Positions 1-16,559 of a stretch of 64,000 bases of DNA are shown here, piece by piece. Both the position numbers and the translations under genes were made by a program. The notes below the pieces were generated by a model. It was not told the DNA's origin and searched no databases. It saw nothing but the letters and a program-made list of their open reading frames with translations. Every line of letters begins with the position of its first letter. Positions within the stretch are counted from its first letter, which is position 1. This stretch comes from Myxococcales bacterium (GTDB lineage Bacteria; Desulfobacterota; Binatia; HRBIN30): assembly GCA_037445065.1 (NCBI GenBank), contig JBBILD010000003.1, positions 64,001 to 128,000 of the forward strand, in the 5' to 3' direction.

Positions 1-441
1 GCAAGCGGCGCTCTTCAGCAGGTAACAGCTTTAGTTCGAACACGGTTGCGCCGTTTTCCGTACGCGAATCGCTGATGGTGAGGATGGAGAAGTCTTCTTC
101 GATGAACTTCTCGAATTCGGAGCGGGCTTGAACCGAGTCCAGCCGTGCCACCAGGCGGTCGTCTTTGCGCTCTACACTGGCGATCGGGAGTTTCTTGTCC
201 CCCGCCTCGCGGCGCAAATCCTCCGCCGTGCGATCGAGGGAGTTTTGCACCGCCTTGTCCACATCCACGGTGAGGACCAGATGCGTGCCCCCGCGCAAGT
301 CGAGGCCTAAGCGAATCTGATTGGAGGGCAGATAGCGTTTCCAGAACTCCGGCAGCTCGCTGACCAGCGATGGCGTAAGGTACACCAGCGCGGCGACGAT
401 CAGCGCGAGCATCCCTGCGATTCGATAGGTGAGGTTTCCCT

Positions 442-445
<4 letters not shown>
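1..445 (-). CDS. secD: Protein translocase subunit SecD, 5' part (runs off the window start)
   Basis: Manual translation from GTG at 445 (GTGA overlap with the yajC stop): MKGNLTYRIAGMLALIVAALVYLTP...IRLGLDLRGGTHLVLTVD, containing the SecD LGLDLxGG motif; canonical queA-tgt-yajC-secD order. Confidence 0.93.
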
Positions 446-3049
<2,604 letters not shown>

Positions 3050-3102
3050 CGCTGCTTACTGGCAGCGCAGCGGCCGGACAGAGCCGCGCGAAGTTCGCGG
3101 CG

Positions 3103-3130
3103 ATTAACCACAGGGCCCGCTGGCCGTCAA
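3103..3130 (-). promoter_or_regulatory. Possible sigma70-type promoter for the queA operon
   Basis: Minus strand TTGACG-N16-GTTAAT between the groEL terminator and queA. Confidence 0.35.
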
Positions 3131-3181
3131 GGTTGCGCCAAGGCCGGTCGGTGCTGGCGGCTCGGTCCTGTAGGGAAAAAC

Positions 3182-3212
3182 AAAAAAGGCACGGCTGGCG
3201 CCGTGCCTTTTT
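3182..3212. terminator. Intrinsic terminator after groEL (possibly bidirectional)
   Basis: AAAAAAGGCACGGC-tggc-GCCGTGCCTTTTT hairpin with A/T tracts on both sides. Confidence 0.85.
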
Positions 3213-3233
3213 GTGTCCGCCCAAGGGACGAGA

Positions 3234-4868
<1,635 letters not shown>

Positions 4869-5162
4869 TTAGCCTTCGATCACCGCGAGAACGTCGTCCT
4901 CGCGCAAAATGAGATGCTCCTCGCCGTCAAGCTTGATCTCCGTCCCAGCGTACTTCCCGAAAAGAATCCGGTCGCCGGGTTTCACGTCGAGCGGGATGAC
5001 CTTCCCATCCTCGTTGCGCCCTGGCCCCACCGCAATGACTTTGCCTTCTTGCGGTTTTTCCTTGGCGGTGTCAGGGATGATGATCCCGCCCTTCGTTTTT
5101 TCCTCTTCCGTGATCCGCTTGACGATCAACCTGTCATGCAACGGACGAATCTTGACTGCCAT
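4869..5162 (-). CDS. groES: Co-chaperonin GroES
   Basis: [11 protein letters not shown]...[29 protein letters not shown]. Confidence 0.98.
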   Translation of the reverse strand: MAVKIRPLHDRLIVKRITEEEKTKGGIIIPDTAKEKPQEGKVIAVGPGRNEDGKVIPLDVKPGDRILFGKYAGTEIKLDGEEHLILREDDVLAVIEG

Positions 5163-5323
5163 ACCCTCCTCCTCGAACAAATTTTTTCCGCGGGCAGGGC
5201 GCCTGCCCGCGGGACGTTGTTGCCTGAATGCGTGCGGGTTCGGGGATGGTCCCGAACCCCAACCCATGCCCGGGTCCGCGACCCTGAGGCTCGCCCGAGC
5301 TAGGCACCGCGCCACCTCTTGTT

Positions 5324-5776
5324 TTAATGGATGGTGATCGGCACCCGCTTGCTCGCCAGCTCCCTCGGGGCCTTCATGGTGACCTCGAGCACGCCGTTGT
5401 GATAGCTGGCCCGAACCGTGTCCGGATCCACGCCGGAGGGAAGCGCAACGTTGCGCTCGAAGCGGCCGTACCGGATTTCCTTGTAGAAGCGGCTCGAACC
5501 ATTGCCTTCATGGACTTCCTTCCGCTCGCCGCGGATCCAGAGCCGGTCGCCTTCCACGCTGACCTCGAGATCGCTGGGGTCCACACCCGGCAGGTCGGCG
5601 CGGACGACGTATTCGTCACCGCGAACGAAGGACTCGACCGCAGGTGCCAACGGTACCGTCCAGCTCCGCCCGAACCACCGGCTCTCTTCCTCGAAGAAGC
5701 GAGTGAAGAAGTCATCAATCTCGTCGTGCAGCGTGGAAAGCGGAGCCAACGGTCGCCACGGGGTCAACGCCATCAT
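5324..5776 (-). CDS. Small heat shock protein (Hsp20/alpha-crystallin family)
   Basis: [35 protein letters not shown] motifs. Confidence 0.93.
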   Translation of the reverse strand: MMALTPWRPLAPLSTLHDEIDDFFTRFFEEESRWFGRSWTVPLAPAVESFVRGDEYVVRADLPGVDPSDLEVSVEGDRLWIRGERKEVHEGNGSSRFYKEIRYGRFERNVALPSGVDPDTVRASYHNGVLEVTMKAPRELASKRVPITIH

Positions 5777-6085
5777 CGCTGCTCACCTCCTTTCCGTGCA
5801 CACTGTCTGTTTTTTGGCGGCCTCGCAAATAATCACGCTTGTTCCCGCGTCAAGGGCTCGCGCCGCAAAAACTGTGCTCGCTTGTTAACCTCCGCTGGCC
5901 GTTGCCCGGGGCAATGGAATGGAAGGCGCTGTTCACTCAGCGGGAGGGAGTTTGCCTGTTCGGCAGGGATCTTTTATCCTGCCGGTCATTTTCGTGGCGG
6001 AGGAGCGGACTGCGAAGGCGCCGAGTCGGTGCGGTGTGCGAGGCCCAAGGTCCGAAGGAGAACAAAGTTTGAGGACTTCGTGCGT

Positions 6086-7291
6086 ATGAAAGCGGACTTC
6101 CCGCGGATCAAGAGTTTACCGCCTTACGTATTCAACATTATCGGCGAGTTGAAGCAGCAGGCGCGGCGCGCTGGGGAGGACATTGTGGATTTTGGGATGG
6201 GGAACCCCGATGGGCCGACCCCTCCGCACATTGTTGCCAAGCTCATCGAAGCGGCCTCGAAGCCCATCAACCACCGCTACAGCGCATCCCGCGGGATTTT
6301 CAAACTCCGGCTGGCAATTGCCGATTGGTACCGCCGCCGCTTCGGCGTCGAGGTGGATCCGGAAACGGAGGCGATCGTTACCATTGGCTCCAAAGAGGGC
6401 CTGGGACACCTAGCCATGGCGGTGCTGGGGCCGGGAGACGTCGTGTTGTGCCCAGATCCAACGTACCCGATTCATCAGTATTCGGTGATTCTGGCTGGCG
6501 GGGAATTGTGTCGGGTGCCCCTGCGTGCGGGCACGGACTTCTTTGAGTCTCTGGTCCGCGCTGCCAGCCAGTGTTGGCCGCGACCCAAGATGGTCGTGGT
6601 CAACTTCCCTCATAACCCGACCACGGCAGTCACCGATCTCGCCTTCTTTCAGAAGCTCGTGGATTTTGCCCGCGAGCACCGCCTCTTGGTTGTGCACGAC
6701 CTGGCATACGCGGACCTCTGCTTCGACGGCTACCAGGCCCCGAGCATCCTGCAGGTGCCGGGCAGTAAGGAGGTGGCGGTCGAATTCTTTACCCTTTCGA
6801 AAAGCTACAACATGCCGGGCTGGCGGGTGGGCTTTGCCGTGGGCAACGCGGCGATGATCCACGCCTTGGCTCGGGTGAAGAGTTACATGGACTACGGAAT
6901 GTTTCAGCCGATCCAGATTGCGGCCATCCACGCCTTGAACGGGCCGCAGGAGGTCGTCGAAGAAATCCGAGATCGCTACCGGCAACGGCGTGACGTGTTA
7001 GTGGACGGACTGAACCGCATCGGCTGGCCGGTTGCAAAGCCTCTAGCCACGATGTTCGTGTGGGCTCCAATTCCACCGGGATTTACCCACTTGGGTTCAC
7101 TGGAGTTCTCCAAGTTCCTGTTGCGCGAAGCCAAAGTGGCGGTATCGCCCGGCGTTGGCTTCGGGGAACACGGTGAGGGCTTTGTACGCTTTGCGCTCAT
7201 CGAAAACGAGCATCGCACGCGGCAAGCGATTCGCGGAATCCGCCGTGCCTTGGGACGGTGTGGGGCAGCTGCTCAGCAGCGCCTGGCTTGA
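6086..7291 (+). CDS. alaC: PLP-dependent class I aminotransferase (AlaC/LL-DAP aminotransferase-like)
   Basis: [42 protein letters not shown] (PLP lysine); directly upstream of hom. Confidence 0.85.
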   Translation: MKADFPRIKSLPPYVFNIIGELKQQARRAGEDIVDFGMGNPDGPTPPHIVAKLIEAASKPINHRYSASRGIFKLRLAIADWYRRRFGVEVDPETEAIVTIGSKEGLGHLAMAVLGPGDVVLCPDPTYPIHQYSVILAGGELCRVPLRAGTDFFESLVRAASQCWPRPKMVVVNFPHNPTTAVTDLAFFQKLVDFAREHRLLVVHDLAYADLCFDGYQAPSILQVPGSKEVAVEFFTLSKSYNMPGWRVGFAVGNAAMIHALARVKSYMDYGMFQPIQIAAIHALNGPQEVVEEIRDRYRQRRDVLVDGLNRIGWPVAKPLATMFVWAPIPPGFTHLGSLEFSKFLLREAKVAVSPGVGFGEHGEGFVRFALIENEHRTRQAIRGIRRALGRCGAAAQQRLA

Positions 7292-7351
7292 GGCGGGTAA
7301 AGTAGGTGGAGCAGGGCGCCCAATCAGACTTAGGGGAAGAGGGAGCGGGAA

Positions 7352-8671
7352 GTGCGAGAAGTGCGTTTGGGACTCGCTGGCTTTGGCACGATCGGTACAG
7401 GGGTGGTCAAGTTGCTCGAAGGCTTGGGGCCGGCGCTCGCGAGACGTTTGGGGTTTCGGCTCAAGCTGGCTCAAGTTGCCGACGTGGACCTCAATCGCGA
7501 TCGCGGGGTAGCGGTTCCGCGCGAATTGTTCACCACGGATGCGTTTGCGCTCGTTTCTGACCCGCAGATAGACGTGGTCATTGAGCTGATCGGTGGGTGC
7601 AACGTTGCTCGGCGCCTGGTGCTAGCCGCCCTGCGTGCGGGAAAAAGCGTGGTGACGGCGAACAAGGCCTTGCTTGCGGTCCACGGCCAGGAGATTTTTC
7701 GCTCGGCGGAAGAGAACAAGCTGGACGTCGGCTTCGAGGCCAGCGTTGGGGGTGGGATTCCCATCGTTCGCACTTTGCGCCAGGGGCTGAGCGGCGACCG
7801 CGTGCGCGCCGTGTACGGCATTGTCAACGGCACCTCCAATTACATCCTGACGCAAATGAGCGAACAGGAAGCCGAATTCGAACCCGTGTTACGGCGGGCG
7901 CAGGCGGAGGGCTTAGCGGAGGCAGATCCGAGTTTCGATGTCGACGGCATTGACGCTGCCCACAAGCTGACCCTGCTCATCCAGCTCGCCTTCGGCGTGT
8001 ACGTTCCCTTCGAGCAGATTCCTACCGAGGGTATCCGGCACGTCACACCGTTGGACATTCGTTTTGCACGCGAGCTGGGCTACGTCATAAAGTTGCTTGC
8101 AATCGCCAAACTTCATGGCAGAGAAGTAGAGGCAAGGGTGCATCCCACGATGGTTCCGCGCAAACACGTTCTGGCCGATGTCAAAGGCGCGTACAACGGA
8201 ATTACCGTGGATGGCGAGGCCCTGGGGCAAACCTTTTACTACGGGTTGGGGGCGGGGATGATGCCAACCGCAACTGCTGTGCTCGCCGACGTGATCGAGG
8301 TTGCGCGGAATCGGGTGTACGGCTCGAGTGGTGCTACACCACCCCTTGGTTATCCGATCGGCGAGCAGAAGCGAGCCAGGCTGCGCCCGCTCGAGCGGTG
8401 TGAATCGGAGTTTTACTTGCGCCTGCACGCCGTAGACAGGCCGGGAGTGCTGGGCCAAATCGCGAGCATTCTGGGCCGCCGACAGATCTCGATCGCAGCC
8501 GTGACCCAGCACGGGAACGGCGAAGGCGGGGTGGTGCCGGTGGTGATGCGTACTCATCGTGCACTAGAGCGGAATTTGCGGCTGGCTTTGCGCGAGATCG
8601 CGCGCTTGCGGGTGATCCGGAAGCCGGTCGGCGTGATTCGAATCGAAGAGAGCCTGGGCGGGGCGTCGTGA
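7352..8671 (+). CDS. hom: Homoserine dehydrogenase with C-terminal ACT domain
   Basis: [64 protein letters not shown] motif. Confidence 0.96.
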   Translation: MREVRLGLAGFGTIGTGVVKLLEGLGPALARRLGFRLKLAQVADVDLNRDRGVAVPRELFTTDAFALVSDPQIDVVIELIGGCNVARRLVLAALRAGKSVVTANKALLAVHGQEIFRSAEENKLDVGFEASVGGGIPIVRTLRQGLSGDRVRAVYGIVNGTSNYILTQMSEQEAEFEPVLRRAQAEGLAEADPSFDVDGIDAAHKLTLLIQLAFGVYVPFEQIPTEGIRHVTPLDIRFARELGYVIKLLAIAKLHGREVEARVHPTMVPRKHVLADVKGAYNGITVDGEALGQTFYYGLGAGMMPTATAVLADVIEVARNRVYGSSGATPPLGYPIGEQKRARLRPLERCESEFYLRLHAVDRPGVLGQIASILGRRQISIAAVTQHGNGEGGVVPVVMRTHRALERNLRLALREIARLRVIRKPVGVIRIEESLGGAS

Positions 8672-11142
8672 TGGGCGCGCAGGCAAAGGGGGCGTGGGCG
8701 GGTGTGCTCCTGGCCGGAGTGCTGCTCGCAGCGCAGGAGAGCCGAGCGATCCCCGCCTGCACAGCCGCCGACGTGATTGCCCAGGAAACGAACTGCGGGC
8801 CGAGCGGGAACTGCATCATCTCGAGAACGTACGAGATCCCGGCCGATCCTCCGTGTACCTTCGACTTTTCAGGCCGCAACGTCACGTTGGCATCTACGGC
8901 GCGCTTCACCGTTGGACCGGGGGAGATGACCCTGTTGGCCGCCAACTTTACGATGTCGGCGGGAGCGCTCATTGATGGGCAAGGGACCGGGGCTTCGGGC
9001 CGCGGAGCCACAGGCGGGCGGATTCGGGTGAATGCAAGCGGCAACTGCGATCTTGGTGGAGCCAGCGGCAGCCGCTCGCGCATAGATGTTTCCTCGAACG
9101 CGGGCGGTGGGCTGATTGACATCCGTTGTGGGGGGAACGCATCGCTCAATGGCCGGCTCAATGCGGACAACCTACGGTCCACTGCAGATGGCGGTACCAT
9201 TGTGGTGGCAGCCGGGGGAAATCTCACTTCGACGTCCTCCCCACAAACGGAGATCACCGCGCGGGGTGGGTCCGCCGCACCGCGCGGCGGCGGTGCCATT
9301 TCGCTCGAGGCGGGAGGAGACATTTCCCTCGCGACGAACACGATCTTAGATGTAACCGGCTCGAGCGCTGGGAGTGTGGACATTAGTGCGGTGCGCAACA
9401 TCTCTATGGGCGGTGTTAGCGGAAACGGGAACGGTGCCGCCGGCAGTGGGGCCACAGTGACCATTTCTGCCGGTTGGGCGGCCACGATCAGCGGCGTCAT
9501 TGTGCTCAATGGAGGGACGGCCGATCCCACTGCGGGTGGCGAGGGGGGGGCGCTGACCATTGAAAGTTTGTTTGGCGACGTCGTCTTGGCTGGTAACGTC
9601 CGTGCCGAGGGGTCTGGGCCGGACGGGGACGGCGGCGAGATTGACATCTCAGCCAACGGCAGTGTGCGGATCAACCAAGGAGTGACTCTGTCCGCGCGCA
9701 GCAACGGCAGCGAGGGTGTGGGTGGCGGTGTGTCTATCTCTGCGACCCTCGACTTGGTTTCTCAAGCACAATCGGCGACCCTCATTGACGTCGCCGGAGG
9801 AGGGGGTGGTGGCGGCCTGGATATCGAGGCGGGTAGGAACGTCACGTTGCTGGGGAAGGTGGATGTCAGCGGTAACGCCGCCGGTGGGGTTGGAGGAGAC
9901 GTTTCGATTTTGGCCGGGGCAGGTGGCTCAGGATCAATGACCGTTGGGGCCAATGTGGACGTCAGTGGAGGTCCGTGTAACTTGGACTTCGGGTGTGGCG
10001 AGGGCGGAACGACCGACCTGAGCGCCTGCGATCTCACGGTGACCTCCGCCGCCACCGTTACCGCCAACGCTCCCGGTGCGGCCGGTGCTCACCAGTTGGA
10101 GGTGCGAAAGCAACTGCGGGTTGATGGGATCGTCACTGCCGTGAAAACCTTGTCTTCGGGGAGCGATGGATCTGTAACGATTGAACACCACGCTTCCTTT
10201 CCACCCGTGCTCGGCACCAATCGAGTTCGCCCTGTGCCGACGTTGAGTCCGAAGCCATTTTGTTCTCCAGACTTGAGCCAAGAGTGCTTGGTCCCCTGTC
10301 CGGTGTGCGGGAACAATGTCGTCGAGTTCCCGGAGACCTGTGACGGCGGCAACACCGCGAGCTGCGACGGCTGCAGCCTGCTTTGCCAAGTGGAAGAGTG
10401 CCCACCGTCTCAATTTTGCCCGGGCAACGTCAACTGCAGCGCTCAGTTGGGTTGCGCGATTTGTCCCGACGCACCCACGCCGACGCCCACGAACACCAGA
10501 ACGCCGACCAGTACGCCGACGCCTTCACCCACCGTCAGTGCGACGCCCACGGAAACGTTGACTGCGACGCCGACTGACACTCCTCCACCCACCGCCACGC
10601 GTTCGCCAAGCCTCACGCCCTCGCAAACCGATACCCCCTCGCCGACCCTGAGTGTTACACCGACGCAGACGGCATCCGCGACGCGGACACCGACACCCAG
10701 CCCCACTGCCTCCGTCACTCCCACGGTGAGTCCGACCTACACGGCTTCGCCCACTCCCTCTTTGTCGCCGACGGCCTCGGCGACGCTGACTTGGACCCCG
10801 ACACCCAGCGCAACGCCTTCGCCAACGGCTTCTCCGAGTGAGACCCGGACCGCCTCGCCGACCCCGAGCCCAACGGCCACGGTTTCTGTGACGCCGACCG
10901 CCTCAACAACATGGACCGCTGAGCCCATGCCCACCGACACTCCGCGAGGGGAAGTGTGTGCGGGGGACTGCGCCGGTGATGGCGAAGTGACCGTGGATGA
11001 GCTGTTGCGCATGGTCAACATTGCCCTCGGGAGCGCCCCGGTAGAGACTTGCTTGGCCGGGGATACGAACGGGGACGGCGAAATTACGATTGATGAGATT
11101 CTGCGCGGGGTCAATTCCGCCCTGTTTGGATGCGCCTCGTGA
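8668..11142 (+). CDS. Secreted modular protein: Gly-rich beta-helix-like repeats, Myxococcus-type Cys repeat, Pro/Thr linker, dockerin-like C-terminus
   Basis: Signal peptide ending SRA; repeated GGxIxIxA units; [16 protein letters not shown]...CDGCSLLC; long TPS linker; [17 protein letters not shown]...[15 protein letters not shown] twin EF-hand-like motif. Confidence 0.85.
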   Translation: MMGAQAKGAWAGVLLAGVLLAAQESRAIPACTAADVIAQETNCGPSGNCIISRTYEIPADPPCTFDFSGRNVTLASTARFTVGPGEMTLLAANFTMSAGALIDGQGTGASGRGATGGRIRVNASGNCDLGGASGSRSRIDVSSNAGGGLIDIRCGGNASLNGRLNADNLRSTADGGTIVVAAGGNLTSTSSPQTEITARGGSAAPRGGGAISLEAGGDISLATNTILDVTGSSAGSVDISAVRNISMGGVSGNGNGAAGSGATVTISAGWAATISGVIVLNGGTADPTAGGEGGALTIESLFGDVVLAGNVRAEGSGPDGDGGEIDISANGSVRINQGVTLSARSNGSEGVGGGVSISATLDLVSQAQSATLIDVAGGGGGGGLDIEAGRNVTLLGKVDVSGNAAGGVGGDVSILAGAGGSGSMTVGANVDVSGGPCNLDFGCGEGGTTDLSACDLTVTSAATVTANAPGAAGAHQLEVRKQLRVDGIVTAVKTLSSGSDGSVTIEHHASFPPVLGTNRVRPVPTLSPKPFCSPDLSQECLVPCPVCGNNVVEFPETCDGGNTASCDGCSLLCQVEECPPSQFCPGNVNCSAQLGCAICPDAPTPTPTNTRTPTSTPTPSPTVSATPTETLTATPTDTPPPTATRSPSLTPSQTDTPSPTLSVTPTQTASATRTPTPSPTASVTPTVSPTYTASPTPSLSPTASATLTWTPTPSATPSPTASPSETRTASPTPSPTATVSVTPTASTTWTAEPMPTDTPRGEVCAGDCAGDGEVTVDELLRMVNIALGSAPVETCLAGDTNGDGEITIDEILRGVNSALFGCAS

Positions 11143-11215
11143 GTTTCGACCGAGAACACTGTAGAAGGGCAGGGCCAGTTCGGTTATGGGGAGCTGGTGC
11201 GAGGGAGCGAGGAGC

Positions 11216-12169
11216 ATGGACCGGAACCTGGCACTGGAAGCGGTTCGCGTGACCGAAGCCGCCGCCCTTGCCGCCGCGCGGCTGATGGGGCGGGGCGACG
11301 TTGCGGGGGTGGATCGCGCCGCCGCGGAGGCGATGCGTAAGGCGATTCGCTCGATCGCCATCCGCGGGCGTGTTGCCCTGGGCGAAGGCGAGCCGGGGGT
11401 GGCCGACGTGTTGTACGTCGGTGAAATGGTGGGAAGTGGCGAGGGGCCCGAGATCGACGTGGCGCTCGATGCCCTGGAAGGTGCCTCGATTTGTGCCACC
11501 GGTGGATACAACGCCTTGTCGCTGATTGCTTTCGCGGAGCGCGACGGGTTCTTGCGTTGCCCAGAGACGTACATGGAAAAAATCGTGGTAGGACCCGAGG
11601 GGCGGGAGGTGATCGACCTCGACCGCTCGCCGACCGAGAACCTGAAAGCTCTGGCGGAGGCGAAGGGCGTGTATGTGGCCGACCTAACGGTGGCCATCCT
11701 CGATCGGCCGCGCCATGCCCAGCTCATCGCCGAGGTGCGCAAGGCAGGGGCCCGCATCAAGCTCCTGCCAGACGGAGACGTCGCTGCGGGCATCGCGACC
11801 GTACGGCCGGAAACGGGCATTGATATGCTGCTCGGCATCGGAGGTGCCGCCCAGGGAATCCTCACCGCTGCTGCCATCCGCTGCGCCGGCGGCGGAATGC
11901 AGGCCCGCTTGCGGCCGCGCAATGACGACGAGGCGCGCCGCTGCCGAGCTGCCGGCATCGAAGACCTGAATCGCAAGCTGACTGCCGAAGACATGGCAAG
12001 CGGTAGCGTCATGTTCGCTGCCACTGGGGTCACCAATGGCGATCTGCTGCGCGGAGTGCGCTTTTTCCGCGGTGGGGCGACGACCAACTCTCTGGTCATG
12101 CGCTCGCGCACGCATACCGTTCGCTTCATCGAAGCTACTCATCGCTTCGATTTCAAACCGGAGTACTGA
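11216..12169 (+). CDS. glpX: Class II fructose-1,6-bisphosphatase
   Basis: MDRNLALEAVRVTEAAA, GEGE, YMEKI, LDRPRH, DGDVA, FAATGVTNGDLLRGV. Confidence 0.93.
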   Translation: MDRNLALEAVRVTEAAALAAARLMGRGDVAGVDRAAAEAMRKAIRSIAIRGRVALGEGEPGVADVLYVGEMVGSGEGPEIDVALDALEGASICATGGYNALSLIAFAERDGFLRCPETYMEKIVVGPEGREVIDLDRSPTENLKALAEAKGVYVADLTVAILDRPRHAQLIAEVRKAGARIKLLPDGDVAAGIATVRPETGIDMLLGIGGAAQGILTAAAIRCAGGGMQARLRPRNDDEARRCRAAGIEDLNRKLTAEDMASGSVMFAATGVTNGDLLRGVRFFRGGATTNSLVMRSRTHTVRFIEATHRFDFKPEY

Positions 12170-12176
12170 GGGCGCT

Positions 12177-12950
12177 GTGGCAAACGAGGCAGTTCGTCTC
12201 GACCTCGAGGATCGCGTGGCGTGGCTCACGATCGCACGCCCAGCGGCGCTCAATGCCCTCAATACCACCGTGCTCACAGGGCTGGCGGAGGCGATCGAAC
12301 GGGTGGCGAGCAGCGAGGCTCGCTGCCTGGTGATTCGCGGACAGGGAGAGAAGGCCTTTGTCGCGGGTGCCGACATTGCCGAGCTGGCCGAACTCGACCC
12401 TCCGGCAGCGCAGCGCTTCGCGCAGTTGGGCCAGCAAGTGTTTCAAAGGATCGAGGCCTTATCGTGCCCGGTGCTCGCTGCTGTCAATGGCTACGCGCTC
12501 GGCGGCGGACTCGAACTCGCGCTGGCGTGCGACCTCATTGTGGCCGCGGACCATGCTCAATTCGCACAGCCTGAGATCACGCTCGGGATTGTGCCCGGGT
12601 TCGGTGGCACACAGCGGCTGATTCGCCGGGTAGGGCCGGGGGCGGCCCGCTGGCTCATCTTTACCGGCAAGCGCATTTCGGCTGCAGAGGCGCTACGCTT
12701 GCGCCTCGTAGATCAGGTGGTGCCAGCCCCAGAACTGGCGGGCACAGTGCGGGCATTGGCTAGCGAGCTGGCGGCGAAGCCGCGGCTTGCTCTGCAGCAG
12801 GCCAAGCGGTTGTTGCGACTGGCGGCGGAAACTCCGCTCGCTCACGGCCTCCAGGCCGAGGCTGCTGCCTTCGCCGTGTGTTTTGCACACCCAGACCGGG
12901 TGGAAGGCATGCGCGCGTTCCTGGAGAAGCGGGCGCCTCGGTTCGTGTGA
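12177..12950 (+). CDS. Enoyl-CoA hydratase/crotonase family protein
   Basis: KAFVAGADI, AVNGYALGGGLELALACD, QPEITLGIVPGFGGTQRL. Confidence 0.93.
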   Translation: MANEAVRLDLEDRVAWLTIARPAALNALNTTVLTGLAEAIERVASSEARCLVIRGQGEKAFVAGADIAELAELDPPAAQRFAQLGQQVFQRIEALSCPVLAAVNGYALGGGLELALACDLIVAADHAQFAQPEITLGIVPGFGGTQRLIRRVGPGAARWLIFTGKRISAAEALRLRLVDQVVPAPELAGTVRALASELAAKPRLALQQAKRLLRLAAETPLAHGLQAEAAAFAVCFAHPDRVEGMRAFLEKRAPRFV

Positions 12951-12966
12951 CAGCGGAGAAGCCGCA

Positions 12967-13191
12967 ATGGAGTGGCGCGAATGTTTCCGGACGCCCAGCG
13001 AAGCGGAGGCCCATCTCGTGCGGGGCTTCCTGGAATCGCGTGGCGTTCCGTGCGTACTGATGAGCAGCCGGTTCAGTGCCCAACCGCTCACCTTCGGGGC
13101 ACTGGGCGAGATCAAAGTCCTGGTGCCGGAAGAGTGGCACGCGAGTGCCCTCGCGATGATCCGGCGCCGCCTGGCAGGAGAAAACGGATGA
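12967..13191 (+). CDS. Small DUF2007-like (putative signal-transducing) protein
   Basis: [18 protein letters not shown]...[19 protein letters not shown] pattern; stop overlaps the mutase start. Confidence 0.75.
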   Translation: MEWRECFRTPSEAEAHLVRGFLESRGVPCVLMSSRFSAQPLTFGALGEIKVLVPEEWHASALAMIRRRLAGENG

Positions 13192-14852
13192 GCAAGCACG
13201 GTGAGTTCGAGCGGTCGGCTTCCAAGAGCGAATGGCTGGAAAAACGCTATCCCCGCGACAAGGATCGTTTGCCGGCCTTCACCACCCTCTCCGACGCGCC
13301 CGTGGAGCCCCTGTACACCCCGGACGATCTGCCACGTTTCTCCTACGAAGAGCGTTTGGGCTACCCGGGCGAGTACCCGTTCACGCGCGGAGTGTACCCG
13401 AGCATGTACCGGGGCAAGTTGTGGACCATGCGCCAGTTTGCCGGTTACGGCACGGCCGAGGACACCAACGAGCGCTTTCGCTTCTTGCTGTCGCAAGGGC
13501 AAACTGGGTTGTCCACGGCTTTCGACATGCCCACGCTGATGGGTTACGACGCCGATCATCCACGGGCCCGCGGCGAGGTGGGACGCGAGGGTGTGGCAGT
13601 GTCGAGCCTGGCCGACATGGAGGCCCTGTTTGCCGGTATTCCGCTCGATCAGGTGACCACCTCGATGACCGTCAACTGCACCGCCAGTATCCTGCTCGCC
13701 ATGTACTTTGCGGTGGCACAGGGCCGCGGTATCCCGCTGCACAAACTCGGCGGCACCATCCAAAACGACATGCTCAAGGAGTTCATCGCCCAGAAGGAGT
13801 GGATCTGCCCGCCGCGTCCCTCGGTGCGCATCATCGTGGACATGATCGAGTTTTGCACCCGGGAAGCGCCGCGCTGGCACGCGGTTTCGATTTCCGGGTA
13901 CCACATTCGCGAGGCCGGCTCGACCGCGGCCCAGGAACTCGCGTTCACTCTTGCGGACGGCATCGGCTACGTGCAGGCGGCTGTGGAACGCGGGCTCGAG
14001 GTTGACGCATTCGCTCCGCGTTTGTCGTTTTTCTTCAACGTTCACAACGACTTTTTCGAAGAGATCGCCAAGTTCCGTGCCGCTCGGCGGATGTGGGCCA
14101 AGATTATGCGCGAGCGCTTCGGAGCGAAAAACCCGCGCTCGTGGCTGCTCCGCACCCACGCACAAACGGCGGGCTGCAGTCTCACCGCCCAGCAGCCGTG
14201 GAACAACGTCGTGCGGGTGGCACTGCAGGCTCTGGCAGCAGTGCTCGGTGGCACGCAGTCCTTACACACAAACTCGATGGACGAAACACTGGCCTTGCCG
14301 AGCGAGCAGGCGGTGCTGATCGCTCTTCGTACCCAGCAAATCATCGCCGAGGAAACGGGCGTCGCGAACTTTGTGGATCCGTTGGGTGGAAGCTATGCGG
14401 TGGAGGCACTCACCGATCGGATCGAGGCGGAAGCTTGGGAGTACATCCGCCGCATAGATGAGCTGGGGGGCATCGTGCGCGCCATCGAGATCGGCTTCCC
14501 GCAAAGAGAAATTGCCGAGGCCGCCTACCGCTATCAGCAGCAACTCGAACGCGGCGAAAAGGTGATCGTAGGGGTCAACAAGTACCAAATGCGCGAGGAG
14601 CCCCCGATCGAAGTTCTACGCATTCCGCCCGAGGTGGAACGCAAGCAGGTCGAGCGTGTGCGCCAGCGCAAGGCGGCGCGGAACGCGCGTGCCGTACGGG
14701 GGGCACTCGACTCGATCCGGCGCGCGGCACGCGAAGGGTCGAACTTGATGCCGCCGATCATCGAGGCGGTGAAGCAAGAGGTCACTGTCGGCGAGATTTC
14801 GGATGTCTTCCGCGAAGTCTTCGGCGTGTACCAGGACCCCGCTTACCTCTGA
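13188..14852 (+). CDS. icmA: B12-dependent acyl-CoA mutase large subunit, isobutyryl-CoA mutase type
   Basis: [54 protein letters not shown]; no fused B12-binding domain. Confidence 0.85.
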   Translation: MSKHGEFERSASKSEWLEKRYPRDKDRLPAFTTLSDAPVEPLYTPDDLPRFSYEERLGYPGEYPFTRGVYPSMYRGKLWTMRQFAGYGTAEDTNERFRFLLSQGQTGLSTAFDMPTLMGYDADHPRARGEVGREGVAVSSLADMEALFAGIPLDQVTTSMTVNCTASILLAMYFAVAQGRGIPLHKLGGTIQNDMLKEFIAQKEWICPPRPSVRIIVDMIEFCTREAPRWHAVSISGYHIREAGSTAAQELAFTLADGIGYVQAAVERGLEVDAFAPRLSFFFNVHNDFFEEIAKFRAARRMWAKIMRERFGAKNPRSWLLRTHAQTAGCSLTAQQPWNNVVRVALQALAAVLGGTQSLHTNSMDETLALPSEQAVLIALRTQQIIAEETGVANFVDPLGGSYAVEALTDRIEAEAWEYIRRIDELGGIVRAIEIGFPQREIAEAAYRYQQQLERGEKVIVGVNKYQMREEPPIEVLRIPPEVERKQVERVRQRKAARNARAVRGALDSIRRAAREGSNLMPPIIEAVKQEVTVGEISDVFREVFGVYQDPAYL

Positions 14853-16559
14853 GCCCGCATTGCGCGCAAAGCAGAGCGCAGGGATTCGGAGCCCCTACGC
14901 CGGGCACCGATTCATCGCTTGCGGTCCACCCCATCCCAAAAGGGCACGCTCTGTGCCGGCCTGAATCCTGCCGGATTCAGGGATCGCCTCGTCTTGCATC
15001 GGCCAACTATCAGCATTGGCGGTGGCTTCGGTAGCCGCTAGGGTGCCTGAACGACCGAACCGCGCTGCAAACAGCGCTCGCCCCGCGTGGTTGACCGCTC
15101 GCAGGTAGAGCGGCCGTTCCGTGGGAACATCCCCAGCCAACCGTGCGCGTTTTGTGTTTCGTCGCACCGACCTGACGCTTGTCCCCCGAGGCGGGTGAGC
15201 CAAGCAACGCTGCCGGATCGCCCTACGAGGCCAGCGTTTACGGCGGTGTAGAGTTTGGGAAGCCACACGGAAGAGGGGAAGAAGTGGGTGCACCGTCCGC
15301 AGTGCGCCGTGCGGCGGCCAGCGGGGAGCTGGGACCACCAGGCGTGGTTTTGGGTCTCGTCTCGGTTACCATCGAGGGTTGGGCGTAGGCCGCTGAGGAC
15401 GGCGTTGCGGGAGAGTTCTCGCTGCACTGCAGCCACGTGCCGTCCAGGGAAGTCGTGGCTTCCCGGGATGGGAGGAGCATGGTGATCCCAGTTGCGCTGG
15501 TGCGGGAGCCAAAGCGTGGAGCGGGTTCCCGGGCCCAGGTTTCTGGGTTGGCCCTTCGCCAACGGGAGGTACGCGTATGCGGAGATCGAGCTGGGCCACG
15601 TGGTGCGGGTGGATTTGCGGCGCCCGGACTAGGAATGTCGGGGCGAGGCGTGTGTCGCGACACCCTCCGGGGCAAGGTTGGCTACAGCGGCCGAGGACGA
15701 CAGTTGGGTTCTGAGCACCGTGGACGATGGCGGTAGCGGTATGGGCTGGCTTATCGAGCCCGCAGCTCCGATGCAGTTCGGAGGCTGCGGATTTCCAGGA
15801 GTGGTGAGCCGGGAAGTCGCGGGGGTCTCGCCTCGTAGTTGCTAGCCCAAGGCGCGACCCCCTTCCTCGCCGCACGAATTCTTGGTCGCCAGCGTGGAGG
15901 GGCAGCGCTCGGGCGGGGAGAGCCGGTGGCCTACGCTGCTGGGTTCCTTCGGGCCCATCCCGCGCTTGGTGCCGTCCGCTGTCGGTAGCCGCGGCGTGGA
16001 ACTCCAAGAGTTCGTCTACCTTGGTCCTGCGGAGCTATCTCCGACGGTTCCGGCGGCCAACGGCTGCAACGCGGAGGAAAGCGCGCCTGGCGGCACGTGG
16101 GAGTGGATCGTACTTTTCGTCTTGGTGGCGGCGCGGTGGGGTTGCCCGTGGCACCGGGCTGCGTCTGCCCTGCGCGCCGTCTCACTTGCCGCCAACTCGG
16201 CCTCGGCGCGGGTGATCGCCAATGACGCCACGCTGCGCATCGACTTCGGTCCCCTGCAACCCGCACCCCAGTCCAACCCCCGGGCGCAGGCTCGTGAGAA
16301 AGCGTTCTCGAACGCGCCATCGCTTCGGGTGTTGACAATTGCGTTGGGAGGTAGAGACCTCTCTTGCTGCAACGGGGTGCCGGCGGCCGGGTGCGCGGCA
16401 GCACGCACGAGGCTTGCGATGACGAGAGCTCGGCAAGATGGAAACGGGCCGCGGCAGGGGCGGTGGGGAGAGAGCGGGGGCGCTGCAGGGCCAAGAAGGG
16501 GGCGCTTTGCCCTGCAGTGCTGTGCGCAAGCGCCGTGCTGGTTGGGACTCCGGCTCGGG

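Noticed and set aside
5327..6085. N-terminal extension of the 654-aa aminotransferase ORF
   Set aside because: Overlaps hsp20 on the opposite strand; family similarity starts at ATG 6086
14853..16550. Assorted ORFs or a cobalamin riboswitch after icmA
   Set aside because: No recognisable protein motif or B12-box; probably heavily decayed sequence
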